This document shows positions 25,443 through 38,068 of a stretch of 64,000 nucleotides of DNA, one piece after another. Position 1 is the stretch's first letter. Each line of letters begins with the position of its first letter. Below the pieces are notes generated by a model, which had not been told where the DNA came from, did no database searches, and saw only the letters and a program-made list of their open reading frames with translations. The position numbers were made by a program, and so were the translations under genes. Source of the DNA: Octopus vulgaris (lineage: Eukaryota); NCBI GenBank assembly GCA_951406725.2, contig OX597814.1, positions 49,352,001-49,416,000 on the forward strand, in the 5' to 3' direction.

Positions 25443-26066
25443 AAACAAGTTTTAAAAATATTGTTTAAAATATGTATCTAAAGATTAAATTCCTTGCTAA
25501 TAGTAAATCAAAGTGAAAGTCCTGGGCAGGTCTACATTGGTGATGAGCTGCTTTATATTGGAGATGTAGTCCAAGAACTTTGACCACTAAGGGTGCAGAA
25601 TCACTGACAGATTATAAACCATAGATGAGTTATGTTACTGTGTTTTAATGTTGTGTGGGATCCCATGAGTATCAGTTGCTGGTTATTAACAAAAGTTTAT
25701 TTCCCTGAGCATTCAAAGTTATGACTTCTAACTTCACATTGGAATGGTTTGAAAAATATTTTTGTTCCCAAATGAAGTACTCAATGTCACTTTGCTGGCT
25801 CAGACTACAGTTGTAAGAGATGAAATTCTAAATTATTCTGCATGTGTGAAAGCAGAACTTCTAGTAATAAAACAAAAAAAAATAGTTGTTCTTGTTTTGT
25901 GTGTGTGTTTTTGTTTTTGTTTTTTTGTCTCTATCTTCCTCATAACTGCATGTCATTAATTCAATGTCTGGAGAATGATATACTATGTTCTCTTGAGTCT
26001 ATGTTATGAGGTGTTTATTGAGTTCAGTTCACTCTAGCTGATCAGCATAGGAGTTTCTTAAGAAAT

Positions 26067-26294
26067 TTAACCCTTTCGTTACCAACCTGGCTGAAACCAG
26101 CTCTGGCCCTGAGTACAAATGTCTTGTTTCCATAAGTTTTGAATTGAAATCTTCTACCAAACCCTAGTCACAACTTATGTTCCTAACACTAGCTGAATGA
26201 TAACTGAATTATTTTAGTAAATTCTTTGTTATATTTAAAGTAATTGAAAGAAACATAGAGCATCTCAAAATAAGTACAGTAACAAAAGGGTTAA
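26067..26294. mobile_element. piggyBac-type MITE, family 1
   Basis: ttaa|ccctttcgttacc...gtaacaaaaggg|ttaa. Confidence 0.88.
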
Positions 26295-26926
26295 TATGAG
26301 AGGCATAGCTTACTACTTTAGCAATGCTTTGAAATCTCTGAAGTCATCTACACTATGTAGTCACAACTGAGATGCATTTCACTACATCACACTGGGAATT
26401 TCTATCTTCCATTTGCTTTGTTAGATCCATGATTTCACATGTATCTCTGCCAATAGCATGAATGTAGTTGAAGATTCATCATCTTCTATTCTGATGGATG
26501 GCATAAATTGCAACCAGTTTTAATGTCAGTACCTGGCAAGGGCACTGAAAATAACTTTACAGGATTTAGAGTTTTAAAGGAAAAACATTTCATACATGAA
26601 CTACTTTTTTTCACCCATCATCTTACTAATATTTACAATAAAGATGGATTTACAATAAAGATGGATGAAGATAATGCTGAAAAATGAGTTAATGTAGATG
26701 ATGTTGTTACTTATGTTCTTCAGAAAGACTGGAGAAAGAAGATTATAAAGAAGAAAGCCGTGAAGAAAATTAGAAAGATTTAACAGAAATAATTGGTTGG
26801 TTAATTCACTCGATAGCTGGAGTAGTAAATGGTCTGGAACAATACAGTTTAGAAATGAATAATAAATAATGAACACTTACACACAGCAGACTAATCAAAG
26901 TAAGATCAAACTATATGAAACAGTTT

Positions 26927-27224
26927 TGGTGGCATGTAAGCAAACCATCCAAACGTGGCCATTGCCAGCGCCGCCCCGACGGGCCTCCGTGCCGGTGGCA
27001 CGTAAAAAGCACCATCTGATCATGGCCGTTTGCCAGCCTCGTCTGGCACGTAAAAAGCACCCACTACACTTACGGAGTGGTTGGCGTTAGTAAGGGCATC
27101 CAGCCATAGAAACATTGCCAGATCAGACTGGGCCTGGTGCAGCCTCTGGCTTCCCAGACCCCAGTTGAACCGTCCAACCCATGCTAGCATAGAAAGCGGA
27201 TGCTAAATGATGATGATGATGATG
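26927..27224 (+). mobile_element. RTE-related non-autonomous element
   Basis: gtgccggtggcacgtaaaaagcacc subrepeats, ggagtggttggcgttagtaagggcatccagc and a (GAT)n tail. Confidence 0.85.
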
Positions 27225-27738
27225 TATGCTCAGAAAAATAACAAAAAAGTATGCAACAGAAGAGTCAGCATTTGGAACTCCGGTGCCATTAACTTCTGCT
27301 TACCCAGTTGTGTTACATCATCATCACCAATTCCTGATGTTCCAGTTACTTTTGAAGATAAAGATGGTGATCCTGATAGTCCTTACATCCTGATATATAA
27401 CTCTGCTTCGTTGTCAATTTCAGATCTTCATTTTGAAAATAGCTGTGGTGAATTTTCTTACTTAGGCCATCAGATTTATTGTACCTGTATTTATGTTTTA
27501 GTCTTTCTGTCTTAAAATCTTATTTGCTTTTCATTTAATGTTTCTTTTTACAAAGTATTTTAAATGTGGGATGAAGTGGTCAGCTGTTGAGTAAACTTAT
27601 GTATAAATCTAACCACTGGTATCTGGTACTCCACAGATTCCAATGATATTGGCTTAATGAGTGGTAACTGTGTAAAATAACAGTAACAGTGTTGGATTTT
27701 TTCATTTTATAAAGCTGTTTCTATATGCTTAATTTCAG

Positions 27739-27907
27739 AGTAATAAATGCTGGTAAATCACTCAACAATGAAGATCAGGCTGTGGCAGTTCGCTGTGTCA
27801 TTTCTCGACATATTAATATGGTTCCGACCAACCCTTCATGCAATTCTATAGAGAGAAATGGAGCCAATAATTCTGAGAAAACTAGCACTGCTGCAGAAGA
27901 GTCAAAG
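27739..27907 (+). CDS. PPM1H: PPM1H-like coding exon 2
   Basis: tttcag|A GTA ATA AAT GCT GGT AAA gives (E)VINAGKSLNNEDQA, the PPM1H signature VINAGKS.NEDQA. Donor aag|gttagt. Confidence 0.95.
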
Positions 27908-28495
27908 GTTAGTGTATTACATTTTGAAAGCTTTACACTTTAAAATGACAGGATTTCAACTAAACTATTTAGTTTGGAATATGGAGCAGAAATTTTGAGT
28001 TTCACTTTAAAAGTTTGTTATTAAATGCATCACATAGGTATGTAAAATTAAATTTTGCTTATTTCCCTTATGTCATTTCTGAGAAATTTATATTATTGAT
28101 ATTAAAGATCTCTATAGATTATTTGGTTATCCTTAACTGTTCAAATGTGATAAAACATAAAGTACTATACAATGAACAGGATCGCACAGCCCTGCTAATT
28201 TTGGAATTTTAACCATATTTACAGATACTCTCTCTTGGTTTCAAATTTTTCTAGTTTACTTTCTGTAAATCTACAACAAAAACCTATTGTTGTTTATTTC
28301 TAGGTCTTAATACCTTAGTCATATGTTATAGTTATATCTTATATATAACTCTTCTTAGTTGTCAGTTTCAGACCTTCACTTAATATGTTATATATAACAT
28401 ATGACACAGTCATTAAGACCTAAGTGCGAGCTACTTACTTTTATCCATCACTGTCTTTATTCCTGCATTTTCTCCAGTAATATGTTTCCATTCCT

Positions 28496-28563
<68 letters not shown>

Positions 28564-29354
28564 TTGAAATCAAGCAAGGACCATCAGCGCAAAGGTTTAG
28601 AGGAAAGGGGTGCACATGTATATCTGAGATAACAAAAATAGCAGTGAAATAAATGATAGATGAAATACAATAGAATGATAACAAACAAAAAGTGATGGCA
28701 ATAAAAAAAATATAAATGAAATGAGATAGTTATAAAGGTACAGCTAATATTAAAATGAATACAATCACCAATATTAGACAAGGTTTTGTTAACTCAAAGA
28801 GATCAAGGAAAACAATGCTGTTCTGGAGAAAAAAGCTATATGCATAGAATTTGCAATATACTGATGTAATATTCAGGAAGTGCAAATGTGATTTGCTAAA
28901 TTTAGAAAACTGAGTTTCTCTGACTGACAGGACCAAGAAAAGTAGCTCCTCTGAACACCTATGGAAGTATCAGTAGAAAAGGGCTAGTCTTGTGATATTC
29001 AATCAATGATAGGGTAGTTTTAATGATGAAAAGGGTTCATCACCTGCTAGCTTATTCATCTGTCAAACATGGACAGCACATGTTTGGAGGAAACTACCCA
29101 AATATATGAACAGTACTTCATTATTGTGTGGATCTGCCTTTTGTAGATATACAGTAAAGCTGTAGGTGCTTGGAACATATTTTGAATAATAGAACAAGCC
29201 TTCCATTTTACCCACCACCTTGGTAACAGACATAAGAGTCATATCTCAAATTAGTCCTGCTCAAGAAAAGATCAATAATTTCTCAGTGACACTGAGAAAA
29301 TACTAGGATTGTCTTGGAAGCATTAAATGTAACAAGCCATTTGTATCCTCATTG

Positions 29355-29614
29355 TGGTACTGGCAACGGCCACACTCAAAAGCACCATTTGAGCGTGGCT
29401 GTTGCCAATACTGCTTGACTGGCCCTCGTGCCAGTGGCACATAAAAGCACTCACTACACTCTCGGAGTGGTTGGCATTAGGAAGGGCATCCAGCTGTAGA
29501 AACTCTGCCAGATCAGATTGGAGTCTGGTGCAGCCATCTGGTTCGCCAGACTGCAGTCAAATCATCCAACCCATGCTAGCATGGAAAGCAGATGTTAAAC
29601 GATGACGATGATGA
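29355..29614 (+). mobile_element. RTE-related non-autonomous element
   Basis: Same motifs and GAT tail as the 26927 copy. Confidence 0.85.
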
Positions 29615-30553
29615 TTCTATGATCTCAGTTAGGTCACTAACTATAAACTAAGCAAGACACTGCTGGATGGGGAAAAGATATAAAATATACATTGTTCAGT
29701 AGGCCAGTAAACTCTCTGCATAATAATTATTGTAGAATCACTCAAAATTAAAGATTGTTTTTATCCCACTAAGACCCAAATGAGTAAACCTATGATCAAA
29801 TGCCTTCTAGTCATGACTATCTCATTTTTTACCCATCATCCAGTGAGTGTGTCCTTTTCTAAAACAGTAGGGCATAGTTTGAAGAAAGTTTAGCTGTTGT
29901 TACTAACAGTTTATCTGACCTCTTGGTGGCTTCGATGTTGGTAGGCTATCTATCTCATGATAGACTCTTTTCTTTGTGGAGTTTAACAAGGAATAAACTG
30001 TTACACATGGGCTATAGTTTGGATTTGGATCAAATTGTAAAACTGACATAAATGTTTCATTGCCAAACAGGATGTACAAACCTTTTATCCTATTAAATAG
30101 TGTTGCATTATCTCTGTCAATAGTGTTTCTCATATAAAATGATTTATAGCTTTAACACAAGACCAAAAATTTAAAGAAAATACATGGGTAATATAATTGA
30201 TTCTAATGCTTAACTGCAAAATATTTTATTGACACCAGAAGGATAAAAGGCCAGGTTGACCTTAGAATTTGAAATAAATATCTCAGTACTGTTTCTATAT
30301 CTACTGTTCTTTTGGTGCTTTCTGTGGTTGTCCATGTAGGCTTAATCTATTTATTGTAATTATCTTGTTTTTGTTAGACCCTATTAATCAGTACATTTTT
30401 TTCTTTAATTTGATATATTGCTTTCAGTATTGTTTTCTCCATCTAAGCTGTTTCAATTATTTGCAAATTTAAAAAAAAAACAATCAATGAAAATGCTTGC
30501 CAGAGCTCTTACTGTTTACGTTGGAACTAAAACTCAATCTTCTGATATTGTAG

Positions 30554-30649
30554 AACAAATTAGAATTTACCTACTTTGGAATATTTGATGGACATGGTGG
30601 ATATGGAACTGCTGTCATGGCATCCCAAAATCTCCATATATATCTCATG
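30554..30649 (+). CDS. PPM1H: PPM1H-like coding exon 3
   Basis: NKLEFTYFGIFDGHGGYGTAVMASQNLHIYLM contains the PP2C FDGH motif. Splice sites ttgtag| and |gtaagt. Confidence 0.95.
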
Positions 30650-30783
30650 GTAAGTATATTGTCAAACTTTGAAATTCAGTATGCTTAATTCAGGTTATAT
30701 TAATTTTAACAAATTATATAATGTAAAATTATTAATGATGTTGCTTCGATTGTTAATGAATTTCTTTCTTTATTTTTTGCCAG

Positions 30784-30903
30784 AAACATTTAACAAAGTT
30801 ACTTGATTTAGGCATGCTGTCAAAGAAAGTCCATTCTTCATATCATAACATCACAATTAATGATCTTATAATTGGTGCCCTTGAGACTTCCTTCTTTGAA
30901 ATG
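30784..30903 (+). CDS. PPM1H: PPM1H-like coding exon 4
   Basis: KHLTKLLDLG...DLIIGALETSFFEM (cf. LVIGALESAFKEM). Splice sites tgccag| and |gtaagc. Confidence 0.93.
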
Positions 30904-30964
30904 GTAAGCATTGTTTTGAAGTTTCTTGACCCATTAGCTTATTCATAATTTATGAATTATTAAG

Positions 30965-31020
<56 letters not shown>

Positions 31021-31021
<1 letters not shown>

Positions 31022-31213
31022 ACGGGAAGGTTTACGAAAATAAACAAAAGACGAAGGCAGGTGAGGTACAAACAAGCAAATGTATTAGTATGGCGCTCAG
31101 GAATAGAAATAGAACAAGTCTTTTACGTTTCGAGCCTACGCTCTTCGACAGAAAGATACACAGAAAAGAAACAAGGAGTGAAAAAATGCGTGTAGGAGCT
31201 AACGGTCCATCAT
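31021..31213 (-). mobile_element. Short Penelope-type terminal (pLTR-like) fragment attached to (TA)n
   Basis: T-rich on the minus strand, ends in (AT)n and contains a minimal hammerhead-like motif. Confidence 0.6.
31119..31156 (-). ncRNA. Minimal type-I hammerhead ribozyme-like motif (variant core)
   Basis: Minus strand UCUUU-CUGUCGA-A-GAGC(GUAG)GCUC-GAA-ACGU-A/AAAGA. Stem I is UCUUU/AAAGA, stem II is GAGC/GCUC, and a palindromic ACGU replaces helix III. A6 is U. Confidence 0.6.
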
Positions 31214-31239
31214 ATATTATCATCATCATCATCATCATA

Positions 31240-33376
31240 CAGGGGCTTCCATGGTGTACATGGAGGCTACGGTTTTGGTTCCCGCAATGAGGAGGGAACC
31301 AGGTTGCTGGAGTTTTGTGATGCAAAGGATCTTATGGTTTGCAATACTAACTTCAGGAAACCTGCCAGTCACCTAGTCACCTACCAATCTGGTAGACACA
31401 CTAGCCAAATTGACTACATCCTCGCCAGAAAAAGGGAAAGATGGCTGCTTATAAATGCCAAAACCTTCCCAGGGGAAGAATGTATCCCACAACATAAACT
31501 GGTAGTTAGTGACTTCAGGATCAGTGATAAGTGGATGCCCAGAAAATGGCCAGCATGGAGGAGAAGGGTCTGGAACCTTAAAGATCCTGCAAATGGACAG
31601 AGATTTAGAGACATATTACTCAAAGCCTTTGACGAAATAGAAGGGGATATAGCTTCACATGATGTAGAAGACAACTGGAGGTTTCTGCGGGACAACCTGC
31701 TGAGGGCCACTGACCAGATCTGTGGATGGTGCAAAGTTCCCTCACGACCCAAAATAACGTGGTGGTGAAAGTGTTGTTGACAGAGCTATTAGAGAAAAGA
31801 AACAGGCTTGGAAGGACTGGAAGAACAGTGGTAGCAAGGAAATTGTATCAGACTGCCAGAAGGGAAGCTAGGAGACAGGTTTATTAAGCCAGAGGGAAAG
31901 CAGATAAGAAAAAATTTGCCAATGTTCTGCGCCATGAGAACCAAAGACTTGAGGTATTTTGTGTTGCAAGACAGTGTGTGAGAGAGAATAGTGATGTTGT
32001 AGGAGAGAAATGTGTTCGCATGGATGATGGTACACTTGCACTAAACAAGGCTGCAAAGAGAGAGGTTTGGAGGCGCCACTATGAAAGGTTGCTCAATAAA
32101 GAAAATGAATGGGAGAAAGAGAGTCTGCTGAATGTCGACCCAACAGAGGGACCAGCTATCCGAGTTGACGGTTCCTTGGTAGTTAAGGCAATTAAGAGTA
32201 TGAAGACAGGGAAAGCCCCGGCCCATGAGGAATCACTGCAGAGATGTTCGAAATATCTGGCAGTGATGGCTATAGCCTAGTCACCCATATAGTTAACCAG
32301 GTGATACACAAAGAAGTCGTTCCCAATGCCTGGTGTAGCAGCACTATAGTCAACTGCTACAAAGGTAAAAGTGACGTTTTAGATACAAATAATTACAGAG
32401 GTATCAACTTGTTGGATTAGGTAATGAAGGCCACAGAGAGGGTCATAGCCCAACTAATTCGGGAGGAAGTCAGTCTAGATGAGATGCAGTTTGGGTTTGT
32501 GCCAGGGAAAAGCACCACTGATGCTATATTTCTGATAAGACAGCTGCAGGACAAATACCTAGCCAAAGACAAACCTCTGTTGACATGGAGAAAGCCTTTG
32601 ACAGGGTCCCCCGATCCCTTATCTGGTGGTCAATGAGGAAACTAGGGATAGATGAATGGTTAGTGAGAGCTGTACAAGCCTTGTACAGGGACGCTGTCAA
32701 TAAGGTGAGGGTTGGCAACGAGTACAGTGAAGAATTCCGGGTAGAGGTAGGGGTTCACCAAGGTTCAGTCCTCAGTCCCCTCCTATTTCTCATAGTCATC
32801 CAGGCAATAACAGAGGAATTCAAGTCAGGATGCCTCTGGGAGCTCCTCTATGCTGACGACCTTGCTCTAATTGCTGAGTCACTATCAGAACTCAAGGAGA
32901 AGTGTCAGGTATGGAAGCAAGGATTAGAATCAACCTAGCTAAAACCAAAATCCTAATAAGTAGGAAGGCAGGCAAACCGCAAATCCCTTCAGGTAGTTGG
33001 CCCTGCTTGATCTGTAGAAAAAGCATAGGTAGAAACTCAATAAGATGTACCCAGTGTAAGCTATGGACACATAAGAGGTGCAGCAATATCAAAGGAAGAC
33101 TAACTGGGAGATAGTTTTTGTATGTGGCAGATGCTCAGGAGCAATAAACACTGAAAATGTGCAGAGAACAACTTCTGCCACATTCCAGGGAGAAAAACTA
33201 GAAGTAGTTGATAGCTTCTGTTACCTAAGTGACCAAGTCAGTAGTAGGGGAGGGTGCGCTGAAAGTGTAGCTGCTAAAATAAGAATAGCCTGGGCCAAGT
33301 TCAGAGAGCTCTTACCTCTGCTGGTGATAAAGGGCCTCTTGCTCAGAGTAAAAGGTAGACTGTATGATGCATGTGT
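31240..33376 (+). mobile_element. RTE-clade LINE, ~2.1 kb internal fragment (EN C-terminus, RT, Cys-rich insert), frameshifted
   Basis: NTNFRK...SQIDYIL...QHKLVV (APE), QFGFVPGKSTTDAIF, DMEKAFDRVP, GVHQGSVLSPLLF, LLYADDL, then CLICRK...CTQCKLWTHKRC...VCGRC. Confidence 0.95.
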
Positions 33377-34087
33377 AATAATATATATACTTAAGCATGG
33401 AACAGTGGACATCAAAATAATTGCAGCAATATTACTGCCATTGTCATCATTTTTGGTTTGGATGGATCATGATCGAAGTCAATTTTAATTCAATGTTTCT
33501 GCCTTTCTATGTAGGTTGAAGGGCCACATCTCACACAAAACATTCTGTTTTTGGCATGGTTTCTATAACTAGATGCTCTTCTTGACACCAACCAATCTAC
33601 AGAGTGTTCTTGGTGCATTTTATTGTGGAACCGCCACTAGAAAGAAAGTTATGTTTTTGGACCAACCAAAGGGTTCTCAGCGCTAATCATTTACTAATCA
33701 CAGATCATACTGTGTATATTTTATCATGGTGTTTGTACAGAGGTTGCCTTGTAACCCACAAAGCTAAAGAGTCATCACTACATTGTTTCTGTTCATTCAA
33801 GGTAACATAATTAAAAGGGGAAATAGAAGAGGGAGCAGGGTGTGCGGGTGGAGGAGAACTGAATGGAGTGGGAGTGTGGTAGAAGAGTGACTGGTGATTG
33901 TAGATTATAATTTGAGGGCTTCTATCCATATACCACTTCAAAACATGAAAAGTTGGCTCAATATTGGCTTACTGAACAAGAAGCATGTTATAGTTTGTAT
34001 TGTTCTTCAAGAATTATGTCTAATTTCATTATGTTTATTGTTTAGTTTGGGACCATTTTAAAAAAAACATCTTTTTGTTTTTCCTAG

Positions 34088-34200
34088 GATGACTTAATAT
34101 ACCAAGAAAGACATTTGTGTCCTCATGCTGGTGGCTGCACTGCACTGGTGTCTGTGTTATTAGATGATAAGCTTTACGTAGCCCAAGCAGGCGATAGCAG
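34088..34200 (+). CDS. PPM1H: PPM1H-like coding exon 5
   Basis: DDLIYQERHLCPHAGGCTALVSVLLDDKLYVAQAGDS(R) contains the PP2C GGCTA and LYVA.AGDSR motifs. Splice sites cctag| and |gtaatt. Confidence 0.95.
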
Positions 34201-34584
34201 GTAATTGGTTTTTGTAGTATATTGCAGCACAAGAAGTATATGTGTGCATGAATGCAACCACCCATTGATGACTTTGGGTTTGCGACACATACAGAAATAC
34301 AAACTGTAATAATTTTGTCCTAAATGGAGTATAATGATAAAAATATTGCACCTGTGTACATGCGTGCGAGCTTGCTCAAAAACTCAGAGTGGTTATACTT
34401 TAATTCTTCAATTAATCTTTTAATATATTTTAATATATAACATGTTTTCTCTATGATTGAACCAAATAGCACCCATGTGAAAATTGCTTACTCTTTTTTT
34501 GAAATATTTCTTGTCATTCTGTACTTGCAACATACTTTAATCTTGAAATAGCAACATTTGCCCTTCTTGGTTTTCTCTTTAAAG

Positions 34585-34669
34585 GGCAGTTATAATTAGG
34601 AAGAATGACATAGTGTGTATGTCACAGGAGTTTACTCCAGATACTGAGAGACAAAGGATTCAGCAACTG
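34585..34669 (+). CDS. PPM1H: PPM1H-like coding exon 6
   Basis: (R)AVIIRKNDIVCMSQEFTPDTERQRIQQL (cf. MSSEFTPETERQRLQ). Phases are consistent. Confidence 0.95.
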
Positions 34670-35219
34670 GTATGGAACTACATTTGCTTCTTTTATTTTT
34701 ATCTTTGATGTTATTGTTTTTTAATTTACTTTTTTGTTTGTTTTGTACATAAATCTTGGTTGTTGTAAAAGCAATCACACTGGACTGACTGTTTGGTATA
34801 TGTAGATATGAGAAGAAGCTATATGTGTATAATAATTATTTATTGTTAAACCTAACACTTTATGAAAAAATTTTGTTTTATGGAGAAATAATACTTAATT
34901 GGTTCTAGTTGATCCAGAAACTTAAATTATCCAAATGACTGGAAAAAGAACAGGAAAATATTTGTAGCTTAGTTATTGACCTTAGGAAAGCATGCAAACT
35001 AAATTTGGTTTCTGGCAGGACTTGAAAATAAAAACATAAAGGTTACAAACTACATTTAATAAAGTCTAGACAATCTACCAAATACAATACATCACTTGAT
35101 GTTGATTAATAATATAAATGATTCCCAATTTTTAACTAGTTTTCTTCAGTTAAATTTTCAAGTATTTATAAAATTCAATAGAATGGTACTTTTAAGATCT
35201 AATCATATTTGTTTTCCAG

Positions 35220-35338
35220 GCTTTAGATAACCCTAGTTTACTTCAAAAAGAATTCTCACCATCACAGTTTTCTAAAAATATATGGAAAAAGGATCTAGGA
35301 AAACAAGTATTATGCCGAACAGGTTATATGAAAGGATG
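35220..35338 (+). CDS. PPM1H: PPM1H-like coding exon 7 (flap domain)
   Basis: ALDNPSLLQKEFSPSQFSKNIWKKDLGKQVLCRTGYMKG(W). Splice sites ttccag| and |gtgagt. Confidence 0.92.
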
Positions 35339-36289
35339 GTGAGTGGATTTTCATTTATTTAATTATATTTGTATGTAATAACACAGTGATAGATACTGGT
35401 TATGAGATTAATGTGAATAACTTCTGCTCACATGCTCATAAAGTGAAATCTTAGTGTTTGTGCTGAGCAAGAGAACTCCTTCCTTTAGCTTGATTTGCTC
35501 ACAAACAAGTTTCTACATCATGATATCCTATTGTAAGAACAGTTACTTCAACAATATGTAAATTTGCCACATTAAAAAGAAATACCACCTACAGTAGCAT
35601 AGAACTACTTGTTTTTTGTTTTTGAATAGAGAAAGAAGGACTGTGCTCATGATGTTTGCAGGGATACCAAGACTAGTGGGAGAAAAAGAAAAGAGAAACC
35701 ACAGCTCCTCTGATACAGTCCATGCAATGGGCTTCTTGTCAAATTCATTCACTACTTAAGTCAACCTGAGATTGTGGTAAAAGACATTTACTCAAAGTAC
35801 CACACTAGAATTGAATCCAGTACCACATGATTGTGAAGCAAACTTTTTAATCATATATGTGGGCCTGTGTCCATATGTATGGTCATGGTCATTTTGTTTT
35901 AATGTATACCAAGTATTACATTGGCCAGTGTAACCTATTTTTTAAGATAGTTGAATGAAATTTTGGCTAACTATATTTTGCAGGTTTGCAACTGCATACA
36001 AGATCTCCCATTAGTTTAACAAGAAAGTTATAATATTGCATTACTGTAGCAGTTGAAATCTAAAGAGGTATGAATTGTTTCCAAAAGAGAATTGTAAGAT
36101 GAACAACGAGGGTAAATTACTGAAAACAAATAAACAGTGCAGAAAAAAAGTGCAACTGTGAATGGGAACAATATTCTTGATCAAAACTGTAGAAACCAGT
36201 TGTACAGGGAAGTTAGCATAAGGCTAATCTAAAACATTTTCACCTGAATAATTCATCACTTATTTAATGAGGTTGTTTTATTTTTTTAG

Positions 36290-36353
36290 GAGCCCTAAGG
36301 TTATTACATGTGATGATATTAAACCACCATTAATATGTGGAGATGGAAAACAG
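36290..36353 (+). CDS. PPM1H: PPM1H-like coding exon 8
   Basis: (W)SPKVITCDDIKPPLICGDGKQ (cf. WAYKTIEDEDLKFPLIYGEGKK). Splice sites ttttag| and |gtaagt. Confidence 0.93.
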
Positions 36354-36462
36354 GTAAGTAGAGAAGAATTTCTTCAGCTCTTTGTGTAAGACATTTTAAA
36401 CATGTAAAAGCTTTTTGAGATTTTTGTGCTTTGTATTCTCTAAATTTTCTAGCGTACTAAAA

Positions 36463-36992
36463 TCATCACCATCATTGTTGTTTAACATCCGTTTTCCATG
36501 CTGGCATGGGTTGAACAGTTTGACTGAGGTCTGGAGAGCCAGTGGCTGCACAACACTCTAATCTGATCTGGCAGTGTTTCTACAGCTGGATGCCCTTCCT
36601 AATGCCAACCACTCCAAGAGTGTAGTGGGTGCTTTTTACGTGCCACTGGCACAAGAGCTAGTCAGCCAAGCTGGCAGTGATCACGTTCAGATAGAGCTTT
36701 TTATGTGCCACTGGCACAGGGGCCTGTCAGTGAGTACTGGCATCAGCCATGTTTTGATGGTGCTTTTTACGTGCCACCAGTATGGTAGCTGGTCAGGGGT
36801 CACTGACCAGTGCTACAATGTTGGTTTTACTTGACTCAACAGGTCTTCTCAGGCATATCATATCACCTGACGCATCAGGGTTACTCTTAACTGGGCTGGA
36901 CCAGTGCTACAATGTTGGTTTTACTTGACTCAACAGGTTTTCTCAGGCATATCATATCACCTGACGCATCAGGGTTACTCTTAACTGGGCTG
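36463..36992 (-). mobile_element. RTE-related non-autonomous element with a 94-bp tandem duplication (36805-36898 and 36899-36992)
   Basis: Family motifs, plus gaccagtgctacaatgttgg...ttaactgggctg repeated twice. Confidence 0.85.
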
Positions 36993-37206
36993 TTTAAACC
37001 GGCCATATCCGGCCCAAATATTCTATGTTTTATATTCAAACTGGTGATATCTAGCCTCCCACACCTAACCTACATTGACATTCTAAAAATAAACAATCAC
37101 ATCACTGAAACCTCAAAAGCTATAAGATAATGCAGGATTAATTAAAAACAATTTGAGTAAAAAAATATTTGCATTTAACTGAGTAATTTGAACACTAAAG
37201 GGTTAA
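36993..37206. mobile_element. piggyBac-type MITE family 2, one end truncated (related partial copy at ~43688-43768)
   Basis: Inverse of the 52824-53052 element, ending ctaaaggg|ttaa. Confidence 0.7.
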
Positions 37207-38002
37207 ATACTATCAATTCGAGAAAAGGGCTGCAGGTCCACTGCTGAAACTTGAACTGTTATCTGTCACATGCCTGATTACTGATTATACTCTTGAGCAA
37301 CTGCTATCCCATCTCTTCTAATTTATCTCTGCCCTTTTATCTGTATTATTTTATCTCTGTAAGTCATCCGTTACTTGGCATTAGTGAGTTAGTCTTATAT
37401 TAAGGTGGTAAAAAATAATCTAGTTAAAAAAGCAGAAAGAAATTGCAGTACATAACTTAAGGTACAAAGTTCAAGTCATGTCAGTAGCTATCTTATATTA
37501 ATTATGTTAAAATCATAGCAGTTAATTGTTAACAACATAATGTGTTAAAGTGAAATGAATATTAAGATGGTGACCCAGTAGAGGTACTATTATATTTACA
37601 AAGGCCTAGCATCTGTGACCTTTTGTATGATCTCTGAAACTGACAAAGGGAAAGGAATTAGAAGCCACAATCTTTGATTCTCTTTAGACCAGAAACCTGA
37701 TTCAAATGCTTGCAAGAGAATAAATTTTGTTAAAAGTACCCAAGATGCTAAATTGAGCAATGGATTAAGTCTACCACTTTAGGACAGGTCTTGTTCCTCC
37801 AACACAGTTTCTGTTTACCCACTTTCACACTCAAGACTTAGGTTGACTTATGCAGTGATTGAACCTGAAAGAATGTGTCGTCAGAGCAAACATCTTACCC
37901 ACATAGCCATGCCTGTATGGGAAGACATAAGAAATTAAAACAAATCAGCTCATTGAATATACTTTGTTTCAGTCTTAACAAATATAGTATAGTGTGTGTA
38001 TG

Positions 38003-38038
<36 letters not shown>

Positions 38039-38068
38039 CATACACACACTATATATATACATACACAC

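Noticed and set aside
27207-27515. 102-aa ORF just before exon 2 as a possible alternative exon
   Set aside because: It starts in a (GAT)n tail, has no PP2C similarity, and exon 1 joins exon 2 seamlessly (GYAE-VINAGK).
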